A DNA stretch of 64,000 bases from an archaeon (GTDB taxonomy: Archaea; Micrarchaeota; Micrarchaeia; CAILAH01). The position numbers were made by a program, and so were the translations under genes. Location of the stretch: NCBI GenBank assembly GCA_024274875.1, contig JAJSAH010000017.1, positions 34,897 to 98,896 on the forward strand. The letters run 5' to 3'. Positions 11,092-20,585 of this stretch are shown piece by piece; the first letter of the stretch is position 1, and each line of letters opens with the position of its first letter. The notes beneath the pieces are model-generated. The model worked only from the letters and a program-made list of their open reading frames with translations. It was not told where the DNA came from and ran no database searches.

Positions 11092-12939
11092 CTACCTCTT
11101 ATCACCCGTTCTCAAACGCGGGAATACATTAAGAGACTTAATCTCATCGAGCAATAACTTGAATGCATAACTCATCTCAATCTCATCCATGCGAGTGCCT
11201 TTGCAAATTGGGCAATATTCTCTGCGCTTTGAGTAATCATACACGCCAAGCGAACCGCAGTCCGCGCATACCCTGACAATGGTCTTATCACTCTCTTCAA
11301 GCAACCTATCCTTAATCAACTGCGATGCGCCATAACCAATTAAACAATCCCGCTCCATCTCACCAAATCTCAATCCGCCTTCTCTTGCCTTGCCCTCCGT
11401 CGGCTGATGAGTAAGCAGTTGCACAGGACCCCTGCTTCTAACATGCATCTTGTTGGATACAAGATGATGAAGCCTCTGATAATATATAACGCCTATGAAG
11501 ATTGTTGCTTTATACTTCTCCCCAGTAATCCCATCATACAGAACCTCTTCGCCGCCTTCCTCAAACCCATATTTCTTCAAAACTGCGCGGAGCTCGTCCT
11601 CAGGAGTTCCAGAAAACATCGTGGAATCAACATACTCGCCATCTAATGCAGATGCCTTGCCGCCAAGCATCTCAAGTATATGGCCTGCAGTCATACGGCT
11701 TGGGATAGCGTGGGGATTAATTATTAAATCAGGCACGACACCGCTCTTCGTGAAGGGCAAATCCTCCTGCGGAGCGATATAGCTTATTACGCCTTTCTGG
11801 CCATGCCTGGAAGCGAACTTATCGCCTACCTCAGGCACTTTAAGAGACCTTAATTTTACTTTAACTAACTTGTTGCCTGCTAAACTCTCTGTAAGCATCA
11901 CACTGTCCACAGTAGCATAATCACCACCTTTTGCAGTTACAGAGTTCTCCCTTCGTTTCTCCTCAGTAATGCCAAAAGTGGCAACCTCTTCCATAAAACG
12001 GGGAGGCGATACCTTGCCTATCAGCACATCGCGCGGCTTAACTTCCACCTCGGGCATTATAATGCCGTCCTCATCAAGATTGCGATACAACTCTTCTTCT
12101 CGGTAGCCCATTATGTTTGGGTTGGGAACCATTAACTTGTCCTTCTGACCGCCAGGATACCTGCGCTCCTCAGTTTCATAGGTTTTATAGAAAACTGATC
12201 GCGAAAGAGCGCGTTCAACAGAATTCTTGTTCACAACAACCGCATCGCTCATGTTGTATCCATAGTAACTCATAACAGCAACAACGAAATTCTGGCCTGC
12301 AGGCCTCTTATCATAATTCAACGCGCTGTATGATGCGCTTTGAACTAGAGGAACCTGCGGATAGAATAATATGTGAGCGCGCGAATCAAGCCGGTAGTTG
12401 AAATTAACTGCATACAAACCTAAAGATTGCTTCATCATAGAAGCAGCCATAGTTAATCTAGGTGACGAGTTATGATCTGGGTATGGAATCGTAGATACGA
12501 TTGCGCCTGTTATGCTTGCAGGATTTATCTCAAGATGCGTGTGATCCGAAGTGAGCTCGGATTCATCCATCGCAATATATGAAAGAGAATCCTCTTCCTC
12601 GCTATCTAAATAATCGATAACGCCCTCTGCAACCAAATCATCCCATGTGATTTCACCGCTCTTAAGCTTTTCAAGGTGTTCTTCGGTTAAAAGAGGCTTG
12701 CCATTCTTAACAACTATGTAGGGCCTCCTAAGGCGGCCTCCAGTAGTGTTTAAATGAACTTCTCCGGTTTTCTTGTTGTAAGAAATGTTTAAGTTTGGGG
12801 TGAGCTCGCGAATGCTTCTCTTTTCAAGTATCGATTTAACCAGCTCATCTCCATTATCATGAAAGCCTAAATAAATGCCATTGAGATATACAACCACCCT
12901 TTTGGATTGGCTCCTGGTTTGTTTTGATTTCGACATCAT
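11092..12939 (-). CDS. rpoB1: DNA-directed RNA polymerase subunit B' (Rpo2C)
   Basis: 615 aa with GDKFASRHGQKGV, LRFGEMERDCL and a C-terminal CxxC...CxxC. Confidence 0.97.
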   Translation of the reverse strand: MMSKSKQTRSQSKRVVVYLNGIYLGFHDNGDELVKSILEKRSIRELTPNLNISYNKKTGEVHLNTTGGRLRRPYIVVKNGKPLLTEEHLEKLKSGEITWDDLVAEGVIDYLDSEEEDSLSYIAMDESELTSDHTHLEINPASITGAIVSTIPYPDHNSSPRLTMAASMMKQSLGLYAVNFNYRLDSRAHILFYPQVPLVQSASYSALNYDKRPAGQNFVVAVMSYYGYNMSDAVVVNKNSVERALSRSVFYKTYETEERRYPGGQKDKLMVPNPNIMGYREEELYRNLDEDGIIMPEVEVKPRDVLIGKVSPPRFMEEVATFGITEEKRRENSVTAKGGDYATVDSVMLTESLAGNKLVKVKLRSLKVPEVGDKFASRHGQKGVISYIAPQEDLPFTKSGVVPDLIINPHAIPSRMTAGHILEMLGGKASALDGEYVDSTMFSGTPEDELRAVLKKYGFEEGGEEVLYDGITGEKYKATIFIGVIYYQRLHHLVSNKMHVRSRGPVQLLTHQPTEGKAREGGLRFGEMERDCLIGYGASQLIKDRLLEESDKTIVRVCADCGSLGVYDYSKRREYCPICKGTRMDEIEMSYAFKLLLDEIKSLNVFPRLRTGDKR

Positions 12940-12947
12940 TTCACCTT

Positions 12948-13643
12948 CTACTCTGCAACCTTGCTCTCCCTAAGAAAGCGTATTATCTTGCCGTCATCAG
13001 CAGCAGATGTTGGGAGAGACACCTCAGTCATAAGCGCGAAATTCTTTACAAGAGAACATGAGGGGCCTTCAGGAGTCTCAGCAATGCATACCTTTCCCCA
13101 CTGAGTTCCATGGAGATCGCGCGCCTTGAAATGCGGGTGAGACCTGCTCAAAGGAGAGATTAACCTGCGCATGTGCGAGTTTGTGGAGAAGAAATTCGTG
13201 CGGTCCAACATTTGAGATACACCTGTCTGCCCTGCAATCCAGTTGCCCGTCGCAAGCGCATACCTAATCCTATCAGTGAACGCATCTGGCCGAATCGCTG
13301 TATGCGCAGAAATGCGCCTGCCCCTAGCAACACTGCGCTCCAATTGATATGTTACATCTTTAATCAAGAAATGGAATGCATACCTAAACAGCTCCTGCAT
13401 CAATTCCCCAGCAAGTTTTATACGTTTGTTCATATAATGATCCCTATCGTCCTCAACAATCTTTTTGTTCGCAACATAGATTGTTCGCTCAATCATGCCT
13501 GCTAAGTAATACGCCTTAGCTATGCGGGACTCAGGATCAGTGCCTAGGTGAGGAAGCAAGTATGTGTCCACAAGTATTTCAGCGCGCTTAAGCCTAAATT
13601 CTTTCGCTTGGCCAGGAGCTGCTTTTCTACCCACATAATCCAA
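12948..13643 (-). CDS. rpoB2: RNA polymerase subunit B'' (Rpo2N), C-terminal part, downstream of an in-frame TAA
   Basis: 231 aa with LLPHLG, ATGNW, RTNF..., HGTQWGKVC..ETPEG. It lies in the same frame as 13650..14414. The only nearby in-frame start is TTG 13643-13641, and no SD precedes it. Confidence 0.9.
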   Translation of the reverse strand: MDYVGRKAAPGQAKEFRLKRAEILVDTYLLPHLGTDPESRIAKAYYLAGMIERTIYVANKKIVEDDRDHYMNKRIKLAGELMQELFRYAFHFLIKDVTYQLERSVARGRRISAHTAIRPDAFTDRIRYALATGNWIAGQTGVSQMLDRTNFFSTNSHMRRLISPLSRSHPHFKARDLHGTQWGKVCIAETPEGPSCSLVKNFALMTEVSLPTSAADDGKIIRFLRESKVAE

Positions 13644-13649
13644 TGCATC

Positions 13650-14414
13650 TTAATAGGTTTTGCTCGCATCTATCTCCAAATTGTACAAAATTTCAGACCT
13701 TATGGCAACATCATCTGAAAACGCATTCAAAATCTCTTTGTCAGTCTTCAATCCAAGTATGCGCAAAAAGGGTATGACTGATACTGATGGGGGCGCAGCA
13801 GGAAATGACAGCTGAAGCTTGCCATCCTTTGTCCTATCTATGCTGCACCTTGCCCTAAACCCAAACCTTGTTGAAAACACTTTTGCATTCACAACGCCTT
13901 TCACTTTATCCATGCTGACTATCTTGCGGTTTGGAACCAAATCTTCTAAACTGACAAAAATCTTCTCAGTGCCATTCACAATGAAATACCCGCCCGGATC
14001 CAAGGGATCCTCGCCTAAGTCAAGCAGCTCATTCTTGCCCAAACCATTAAGATGGCAGGGTTTGGATTTAACCATTATGGGCAACTGCCCTATAAAAACT
14101 TCTTCCATATCCCTCTCTATGCCATTAATGGTTGGAAAAATTTCAAGGAAGATGGGAGATGAGTAGGTTAAGTTCCTCATCCTCGCTTCCATAGGAGTGA
14201 TGGATCTTCTTGAGCCATCTGCCTCCTGAACTGTTGGCGGTTCAATGCGCACATTCCCAAGCTTGAACGAATAACCCTCTATGCCTGGTTCGATCACATC
14301 TATGGAACGAACAACCTCACGCATGCCATGCTCGACAAAGCGGTTGAATGAATCAATGTGCTGCTTCGCAGGAGGATTTGACTTAAGATATATAGACATA
14401 AGCTCTTTCTTCAT
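13650..14414 (-). CDS. rpoB2: RNA polymerase subunit B'' (Rpo2N), N-terminal part, ending at an in-frame TAA (13652-13650)
   Basis: 254 aa with QHIDSFN, RNLTYS, GQLPIMVKS and DPGGYFIVNGTEK. Together with the downstream part it totals 486 codons, the normal B'' length. Confidence 0.9.
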   Translation of the reverse strand: MKKELMSIYLKSNPPAKQHIDSFNRFVEHGMREVVRSIDVIEPGIEGYSFKLGNVRIEPPTVQEADGSRRSITPMEARMRNLTYSSPIFLEIFPTINGIERDMEEVFIGQLPIMVKSKPCHLNGLGKNELLDLGEDPLDPGGYFIVNGTEKIFVSLEDLVPNRKIVSMDKVKGVVNAKVFSTRFGFRARCSIDRTKDGKLQLSFPAAPPSVSVIPFLRILGLKTDKEILNAFSDDVAIRSEILYNLEIDASKTY

Positions 14415-14438
14415 GTAATCACCAACAACATCTCAGGG

Positions 14439-14681
14439 TTAAACAACCAAACGGTAGTATATAACTTTACCTGTGGGCTCTTCTCTGTAAATCCTTATCA
14501 CATCGCCTTCCTTAGCACGAATGGCTTTTATCGCAGGATCTGTGCTCAATATCTTCGGAAGATGCTTCTTGGAATCAATTTTAAACTGCTTCAAAACGGA
14601 GTCAACCTCAGAATCAGGCACTATTTCGTGCTTAGGAACCAAAACATGATCTAACACATTAAATTTTCTTCGCTTGCTCAA
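14439..14681 (-). CDS. rpoH: RNA polymerase subunit H (Rpo5)
   Basis: 80 aa with HVLVPKHEIV...LPKI...DP. It is the first gene of the rpo operon. Confidence 0.9.
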   Translation of the reverse strand: MSKRRKFNVLDHVLVPKHEIVPDSEVDSVLKQFKIDSKKHLPKILSTDPAIKAIRAKEGDVIRIYREEPTGKVIYYRLVV

Positions 14682-14764
14682 GCTATACCACCAGAGAGTA
14701 ATATGTTTAATTCAGTTAAAATTAAAATAGTTATGGTGCTTACTGCAAAAACAGGCATAAGCTT

Positions 14765-17149
14765 TTATAACCAATCACCCAAACCCTTCTGCCTCTTCCC
14801 TGTTCTAAGCAGATCCTTCTTATAGCCCAGCTCTCCAAGAATCTTTTCCACAGCAGGAATCACCTGATGATTTATATAGTAATCCGCATCATAATCACCT
14901 TCGCTAACATACTCTGCAAGATCAGCCTTATCTGAAATTGATTTGCCTTCCTTAGTAATGACATAGCTAATCATATACCCTTCTTTTATAGGCACGCCGC
15001 GCTTAATGCCTTTTATAGCAGCAGCAACTTCAGGGCCTTTGGATTTGTATTCGCTTGGGTTCCTGCGCAGGATTGTCCGCATTATTAAATCTTCCTTATT
15101 AACTCTGCCGTGCTTTAACTCTTCAATAACATCGCGCACAATCGAAACTGCCTTATTTATATCGCCTTCCCTAAGTATGGTTTCAAGAACTTTCTTCTGC
15201 GTCTCTTTTGCTATGTTGGACCAATCTCTCCTTACAAGCTCAAACCCTCTTATCTTTATCCTGCCATCCCTGCTCAACAACGCATATTTTTTCTTTGCGC
15301 CAGCTTTGCCTGATTTTTTAGCAACGAACACGCCGCGCGTGTAAACATCTTCAAGCTCCAACTCCATGCCTTTGGGAAGCGAACGGTTAACCTTATTCAT
15401 GAAATGCATCGCTTCATCCTCTGATTTGCCATCAAGAAGAATGAATATTGAATCTGTATCACTGTATAAAACATTAAACCCTTCCTTCTCGGCTTTTGCT
15501 ATCACATCTTTTATATAATACCTCTCCCATGCAGTTGTCGCAGATGCGCATTCCCTGCAATACCATCTTGCGCGGCCATACCGCAACATGCCATAAAAAG
15601 AGTTGGCTATAATCTTGAACGCATACTGCCGCGCATACGCATACCTGTACTCCTCGCTATCCTTATCAAGCGATTTCAACAACTTCTTCAGCGAATACCT
15701 GTGCTTAAGCAATGAAGAAAGCACATCAGAAATAAGGCCTTTCTTTTTTGCGCAAAATCTATGTCCATCAGGGGATATGTGCGCTTCATTATCAGAACAG
15801 CAGGCACAATTCAAGGTTTCAGGAGAAATATTGTGCGAAACAATTATGCTGGGATACAAACTCCTGAAATCAAACACAACTATATTATTGTATATGCCTG
15901 GGGAAGGCATCTTTACATAAGCCCCTTCAATTGATTCAGAAAAGCGCGATGCAACCAAAGTTTCCTTAGGTTTGTTTGGAGCGACAATTCCTTTATCATG
16001 CGAAGATTTGAGCAAAACTGCCTCAACCAACTGCCCTGTAGTGGAGGAGACCGAATCTTCTAAGCGCATATGAGCTATCCGAGAGATCTCAACGAATATT
16101 GGAAGAAGGCGCTCGCCAAGCTCATAAGTGCTCTGCGCATCCGAAAGCGCATACCTGAACAGCAAATCCCTTTCTGAATCGCTCTCCCACATCTTCCAAA
16201 TATCAAGCTTCTGCACAGATATTTTATCAGAACCAAACATTTCTTTGTAAACTTCGCTTAGAGTATATACATTCGTTCTCAAAGCGCCGATCATTGCAAG
16301 AAACCTGGACATGTGGTACACATCTAAATGAAGCCTTCCTGAAATGCTTGCGGTTGAATACATGCCACTCTTTCGCAATCTAAGCGCAGTATTATCTCTG
16401 CCTAAAACAAAATCAGTGCGTAAGCGCTTGGCGCGAGAACGCAAGTACGGAAAATCAAACTCAGATCCATTATATGTATATATTATGTCAGTATTGTTAT
16501 CCCTAATAAGTTTGCAAAACCTGCTTAGGAGACGCCTCTCATCATCAACTACCACTGCATGCCGATTATCAGTTTTCTTATAAGTAATAAATCCCTTCGC
16601 GTTATGAGTTGCATAAGAGAGTATGATAATTGGATCCTTATCAGGTCTTGGAACTCCATAAGGATTGTATGTTTCAATATCAAAAGCAAGCCTGTTAAGC
16701 TTGAAATCGCTTGAAGAACAACTGGAGATTTTCACATAATCTTTATTCTCATTTGTGTAATTAATAACGCTGAAAACTGAAACGCCACTGTCGATCATAA
16801 ACCGCTTAACAAAAGGTATGTCAGCTTCATAGCATCTCCCAAACTTATCAAAGATGCTTCTCAATTTAGGAACATCTGTGGGGTTATAACAAACTACTTT
16901 AATAATGCGTTTTTTCACATTGCCTAATATGCGCGCTACTTTGCGTATTGATTTAATTTGAGGCACATCCTCCAATTCCTTAGGGAAAACGCCATCGTAA
17001 TAAAAATACGGATCAAATTCAACATACCTGAACAAAACCTTGCCATTTGACCTCAAAACAAGCCGAATAACACCTTGTTCTAGTTCATTATCGCCTGATA
17101 TAACTGGACGTTTCACATAGTCAACATCAAGCAAGAAGGCCTTTGGCAT
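14765..17149 (-). CDS. polB: Family B DNA polymerase
   Basis: 794 aa. Exonuclease motif FDIETY; polymerase motifs SLYPSII, KIIANSFYG and YSDTDS. Confidence 0.95.
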   Translation of the reverse strand: MPKAFLLDVDYVKRPVISGDNELEQGVIRLVLRSNGKVLFRYVEFDPYFYYDGVFPKELEDVPQIKSIRKVARILGNVKKRIIKVVCYNPTDVPKLRSIFDKFGRCYEADIPFVKRFMIDSGVSVFSVINYTNENKDYVKISSCSSSDFKLNRLAFDIETYNPYGVPRPDKDPIIILSYATHNAKGFITYKKTDNRHAVVVDDERRLLSRFCKLIRDNNTDIIYTYNGSEFDFPYLRSRAKRLRTDFVLGRDNTALRLRKSGMYSTASISGRLHLDVYHMSRFLAMIGALRTNVYTLSEVYKEMFGSDKISVQKLDIWKMWESDSERDLLFRYALSDAQSTYELGERLLPIFVEISRIAHMRLEDSVSSTTGQLVEAVLLKSSHDKGIVAPNKPKETLVASRFSESIEGAYVKMPSPGIYNNIVVFDFRSLYPSIIVSHNISPETLNCACCSDNEAHISPDGHRFCAKKKGLISDVLSSLLKHRYSLKKLLKSLDKDSEEYRYAYARQYAFKIIANSFYGMLRYGRARWYCRECASATTAWERYYIKDVIAKAEKEGFNVLYSDTDSIFILLDGKSEDEAMHFMNKVNRSLPKGMELELEDVYTRGVFVAKKSGKAGAKKKYALLSRDGRIKIRGFELVRRDWSNIAKETQKKVLETILREGDINKAVSIVRDVIEELKHGRVNKEDLIMRTILRRNPSEYKSKGPEVAAAIKGIKRGVPIKEGYMISYVITKEGKSISDKADLAEYVSEGDYDADYYINHQVIPAVEKILGELGYKKDLLRTGKRQKGLGDWL

Positions 17150-17173
17150 GCATAAAGTTAGGCAGAAAAATAA

Positions 17174-17770
17174 TTATTCTTTCTTGACTATCGCAATATC
17201 CTCTAAGTTCACAACCAACTCCTCGCTCTTAACCTGATGGCGCTTCTCCCTCCTTTCCTTCATCTCTTTCCGTTTGCGGACCTCTGCGCGCTTCTTCTTG
17301 CGCTCTGCACGCAGTTTAATCAGGTTAAGCTTCATTTCATCAAGCTCATTCTTAAGCTGTTCAATCTCAGCATCCAGAGATTTAATTTGCTTAAACAACT
17401 CTGCGCGTTCGCCCTCCCTCTCCTGAGCGCGTTTAATCTCATTATCAAGCTCTTTAATATGTTTCATCAAAGCGCGCTCCTTATCCAACGTTATGGCCTC
17501 TGTGGACACTTTAAACTCAAGGCGCTTCCTTTTGTTCGTTAGTGCGCGAACACTTATGCGGTTCAAATTGCTCAACCGGTCTCTTAATCGTTTAATCTCT
17601 TCAATCTTCTCAAGCAGAAGTTTGCGCTTCTCTCTTATGGAAGAAGTTAGTTCATTAAACACATTCTTCTTCTCAGCGCCAGCATCGTTCTTAACAGGCT
17701 TCTCCTCACCACCAGAAGAGACCTTTGCATTCTTTTCCTCAACGCTCAGTTCTGCCAAGAAATCCACCAT
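17174..17770 (-). CDS. Coiled-coil protein, K/E/R-rich, function unknown
   Basis: 198 aa with heptad-like charged repeats throughout. It is possibly COG1340-like, but that is unverified. Confidence 0.45.
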   Translation of the reverse strand: MVDFLAELSVEEKNAKVSSGGEEKPVKNDAGAEKKNVFNELTSSIREKRKLLLEKIEEIKRLRDRLSNLNRISVRALTNKRKRLEFKVSTEAITLDKERALMKHIKELDNEIKRAQEREGERAELFKQIKSLDAEIEQLKNELDEMKLNLIKLRAERKKKRAEVRKRKEMKERREKRHQVKSEELVVNLEDIAIVKKE

Positions 17771-17804
17771 AGAATTAATTGTGCTAACTTTTTAGAAGAT
17801 AAGC

Positions 17805-17812
17805 TTTTTATA
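17805..17812 (+). promoter_or_regulatory. TATA-like box (tttttata) about 25 nt upstream of the 5S rRNA
   Basis: Called from the spacing to the predicted 5S 5' end at about 17833. Confidence 0.4.
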
Positions 17813-17832
17813 GATTACTTCGTTTAAAACTA

Positions 17833-17949
17833 TGCCAACGGCCATAGGGAAGGGGAAACGCCTGTTCCCATTCCGAACACAGAAGCTAAGCCCTTCCACG
17901 GTGTTGCTGGTACTGCCCTTCGGGCGGGAAGGCGCACTGCTGTTGGCAC
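17833..17949 (+). rRNA. rrf: 5S ribosomal RNA, not linked to 16S/23S within this window
   Basis: Contains GCCAACGGCCATAGGG...CCCATTCCGAACACAGAAGCTAAGCCC...GTTGGCA. The terminal helix closes as GCCAAC/GTTGGC. Confidence 0.9.
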
Positions 17950-17968
17950 TTAAAAAGTGATGCTGGTT

Positions 17969-19075
17969 TTATTGATTGCGCGCATGAACATGCTGCATAA
18001 GCGGTTTATAAAAGGAGAGTATGTTGTCGGAAATACCTAATAATTGCTTAAATTGCCTATTGTAGATGCAATTATGCATCAGAAGGAGATCTGATTGAAC
18101 CTCAAATGCATACTCATCCTTCGTCCTAATGAGTTGATCTGCAAAATAGAACGGCTTATTTACTTGCATGTATTGAACAACAGCATTAAGATTTTGAAGC
18201 ACTTCTGCTCTGCGCGATTCAACAGCATTCTTGTATGTATTCCTAAGCAGATTGACAATGTATCTCTTATTTTTCCTTCGTTTGATCTTCCTGCCTAAAC
18301 TGCATAATTCTGCCAAAAAACGCGAATCATTATCTGAATACATGCGAACCAGTTTCTTTATGCCCATTATATCCGAGCAATCCGCTAAGTATGCATTTAA
18401 AACGGCATATCTGCTCCTCGATTCGAATGCGCGATAAAGTCGAACAATAGAAAGGTAAATATATTCGTCCCTTAAATATCGCGCATGCATCTCCCTCTCC
18501 AAAGCATACCTTATCTTGCCAGAGAACATCTCTTGCCGAGCAGTGAATCTCCTAATTGATGCTAAAACAATTGATATAGCTGGGTTTAGTTTTGAATAAT
18601 AGTCAAACTTTGATGCAGAAGACTTTGCTTTTTCAAGTTTTGAGATGGCATGCAACAATTTCTCATGAGCGATAATTTTGTGCAAAGTTGCTGCATTAGA
18701 TACAGAATCAGCAACGCCCCTTATAATAATAAGCGCTTCGCGGATATCATTTTGCTGCATTAAATCTGCGGCACGCTGCAAATCACGAATGCACTTCAAT
18801 AAGAGAAGATTGTCATCCTCCAAACTTTTGCGCATGTGCTTAAACATGCGAACAGACTTAAACACATCTATATCGAGGGTAATCTTTTTTTGTGGGGGTT
18901 GCCTGCCGTTCAAATAATACCTATTAAGAGTAGATAGGTCCATCCTTTTGAGCATCTTAGCTGATTCGCGCTTCAACCCTACTCTTAAAAAACCCCGCCT
19001 CCTTGCCGGCCGAATCTTAAGATCACGCTGTCTGTTGCGCATAATCAATGCGCCATATTCACTTACCAAAAACAT
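17969..19075 (-). CDS. Hypothetical protein (all-alpha, basic)
   Basis: 368-aa ORF. No motif recognised. Confidence 0.45.
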   Translation of the reverse strand: MFLVSEYGALIMRNRQRDLKIRPARRRGFLRVGLKRESAKMLKRMDLSTLNRYYLNGRQPPQKKITLDIDVFKSVRMFKHMRKSLEDDNLLLLKCIRDLQRAADLMQQNDIREALIIIRGVADSVSNAATLHKIIAHEKLLHAISKLEKAKSSASKFDYYSKLNPAISIVLASIRRFTARQEMFSGKIRYALEREMHARYLRDEYIYLSIVRLYRAFESRSRYAVLNAYLADCSDIMGIKKLVRMYSDNDSRFLAELCSLGRKIKRRKNKRYIVNLLRNTYKNAVESRRAEVLQNLNAVVQYMQVNKPFYFADQLIRTKDEYAFEVQSDLLLMHNCIYNRQFKQLLGISDNILSFYKPLMQHVHARNQ

Positions 19076-19097
19076 GTGAATTATTCAAGAGAGATGG

Positions 19098-19167
19098 TTA
19101 ATAAAATTTTCTGTGCATTACGCTGCTTAATGCATTCCTCTCTTTCTCATGACCTTCCTCAGCTGGA
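19098..19167 (-). pseudogene. Orphan 3'-terminal fragment of a nitroreductase gene, displaced by the AbiE insertion
   Basis: The minus strand reads PAEEGHEKERNALSSVMHRKFY*. The C-terminus of the intact gene at 20586.. reads PAEEGHEKNRMSLNQVLHNEEF*. Confidence 0.65.
19144..19167. repeat. Direct repeat, left copy: ttctcatgaccttcctcagctgga
   Basis: Exact 24/24 match to 20632-20655. Confidence 0.9.
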
Positions 19168-19240
19168 CGTTAAACATAAAACATAATTATTTAAATATTG
19201 TCACCATATTTTAACATATTTGTTAAAAAATAGTGATGTT

Positions 19241-19813
19241 ATGAGATTGGTTGATATGTTTAACAGAATCAAATCATCAGGAAAGTTGGTTTATGGAATA
19301 AATGAACTGAGCAATCTCCTAGGCATCAGAAAAAATGTGCTAAGCATATATGTGAACAGAATGTGCAAACAAGGGCTTGCAAACAGAATCGGTAGGAAAA
19401 TTGTGTTCACGGACAATGATTTTGTAATCGCTTCACAACTCATAGAGCCATCTTATATATCAATTCACAGCGCCTTATACTTGCACAAAGTAATACAACA
19501 AATACCGCAAAAAATCGAATCTGTCAATCCTGCAAACACCTTCAAAATAGATGGATATATATACTATAAAATCAATCCAAAACTATTCTTTGGATATGAA
19601 AAAAAGAGGTTTGCTGAAAGTTATGTGTTTTTGGCAACTCCCGAGAAAGCGGTTTTGGACGGAATTTATCTCTCAAAGATACCTCTAAACATATTGCCGG
19701 AAATAATTGAATACTTAGACAAAAGAGTTCTAAAAAAAACTGCTGAACGGATGAAAAAAACCTCTGTTAGAGGCACAAAAAAAACTTATAAAATCATAGA
19801 GAAGTGGTTATGA
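19241..19813 (+). CDS. abiEi: AbiEi-like antitoxin / transcriptional regulator (type IV TA)
   Basis: About 190 aa, sitting immediately upstream of and overlapping an AbiEii-family gene. The N-terminal region looks like a winged helix. The ORF track starts at TTG 19220. Confidence 0.65.
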   Translation: MRLVDMFNRIKSSGKLVYGINELSNLLGIRKNVLSIYVNRMCKQGLANRIGRKIVFTDNDFVIASQLIEPSYISIHSALYLHKVIQQIPQKIESVNPANTFKIDGYIYYKINPKLFFGYEKKRFAESYVFLATPEKAVLDGIYLSKIPLNILPEIIEYLDKRVLKKTAERMKKTSVRGTKKTYKIIEKWL

Positions 19814-20568
19814 TGCTAACGCGTGATGAACTAATAAGCATTGCAAAACAGTTCGGCAACAAACCATGGCAACAGGAAAAACATTATGTGCAGAGCGCTG
19901 TAATTTACTCCATTGCAGACCTCCCTTTAGTTTTCAAAGGGGGCACATATCTTTGGTTCTTCCATGGACTGCCAAGGTTCTCAGAAGATTTGGATTTTAC
20001 TTCTACCGGTAAGATCTCACTGAAGACCATCGCTGAAAAAGTTAGAAGAGGATTGGGCATGTTCGGAATGCATTCAGAAATCAGTCAATCAAAAACAAAA
20101 GAGAAAAAAAATTCAATGATATTGAGAATCGATGCAAAAGGGCCATTATACGCTAATCATTTATCAAAAACATTCGTCTACATAGAAATTAGCAGAAGAG
20201 AAAAATTGCTGCTCAAACCGATAAATCTGATTCTGAGAATGGATTATTACATGATTCCGCAGAAAGCTGTGTTGGGCATGAACTTATCTGAAGTTGCCGC
20301 AGAGAAAGTCAGAGCAATTTTAACAAGAGATAAGGCAAGAGATGTCTATGACCTGCATTTTCTGGTTAAATATAAGGGCATTAAGTTTGATCCAGACCTT
20401 GTTAATGCAAAACTCTCATATTACGGGTTAAAATATGATAAGAAAAAGTTCATATCTAAATTGAATAAGATTGAAGAATATTATGCTGATGAATTGTCAG
20501 TGCTAACAAACAATCCCATCCCTGATTTCAGCAAGGTAAAGGGTTTGCTGGCTGAATGGGTTGGTTAA
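19810..20568 (+). CDS. abiEii: Nucleotidyltransferase AbiEii/AbiGii-family toxin (DUF1814)
   Basis: Contains EKHYVQ...LVFKGGTYL...RFSEDLDFT, characteristic of AbiEii. The ATGA overlaps the abiEi stop. Confidence 0.82.
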   Translation: MMLTRDELISIAKQFGNKPWQQEKHYVQSAVIYSIADLPLVFKGGTYLWFFHGLPRFSEDLDFTSTGKISLKTIAEKVRRGLGMFGMHSEISQSKTKEKKNSMILRIDAKGPLYANHLSKTFVYIEISRREKLLLKPINLILRMDYYMIPQKAVLGMNLSEVAAEKVRAILTRDKARDVYDLHFLVKYKGIKFDPDLVNAKLSYYGLKYDKKKFISKLNKIEEYYADELSVLTNNPIPDFSKVKGLLAEWVG

Positions 20569-20585
20569 GCGATGCATACAAATAA

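Noticed and set aside
17147-17176. The TAA of the coiled-coil gene is in frame with polB and no other stop intervenes. The same holds for the membrane gene pair at 43513..43551, and for prx/dfx across a TAG at 25937..25951.
   Set aside because: The gaps are only 3-11 codons, and no homology bridges the junctions. One of the cases uses TAG. These are expected by chance for tightly packed genes, so I did not count them as interrupted genes.
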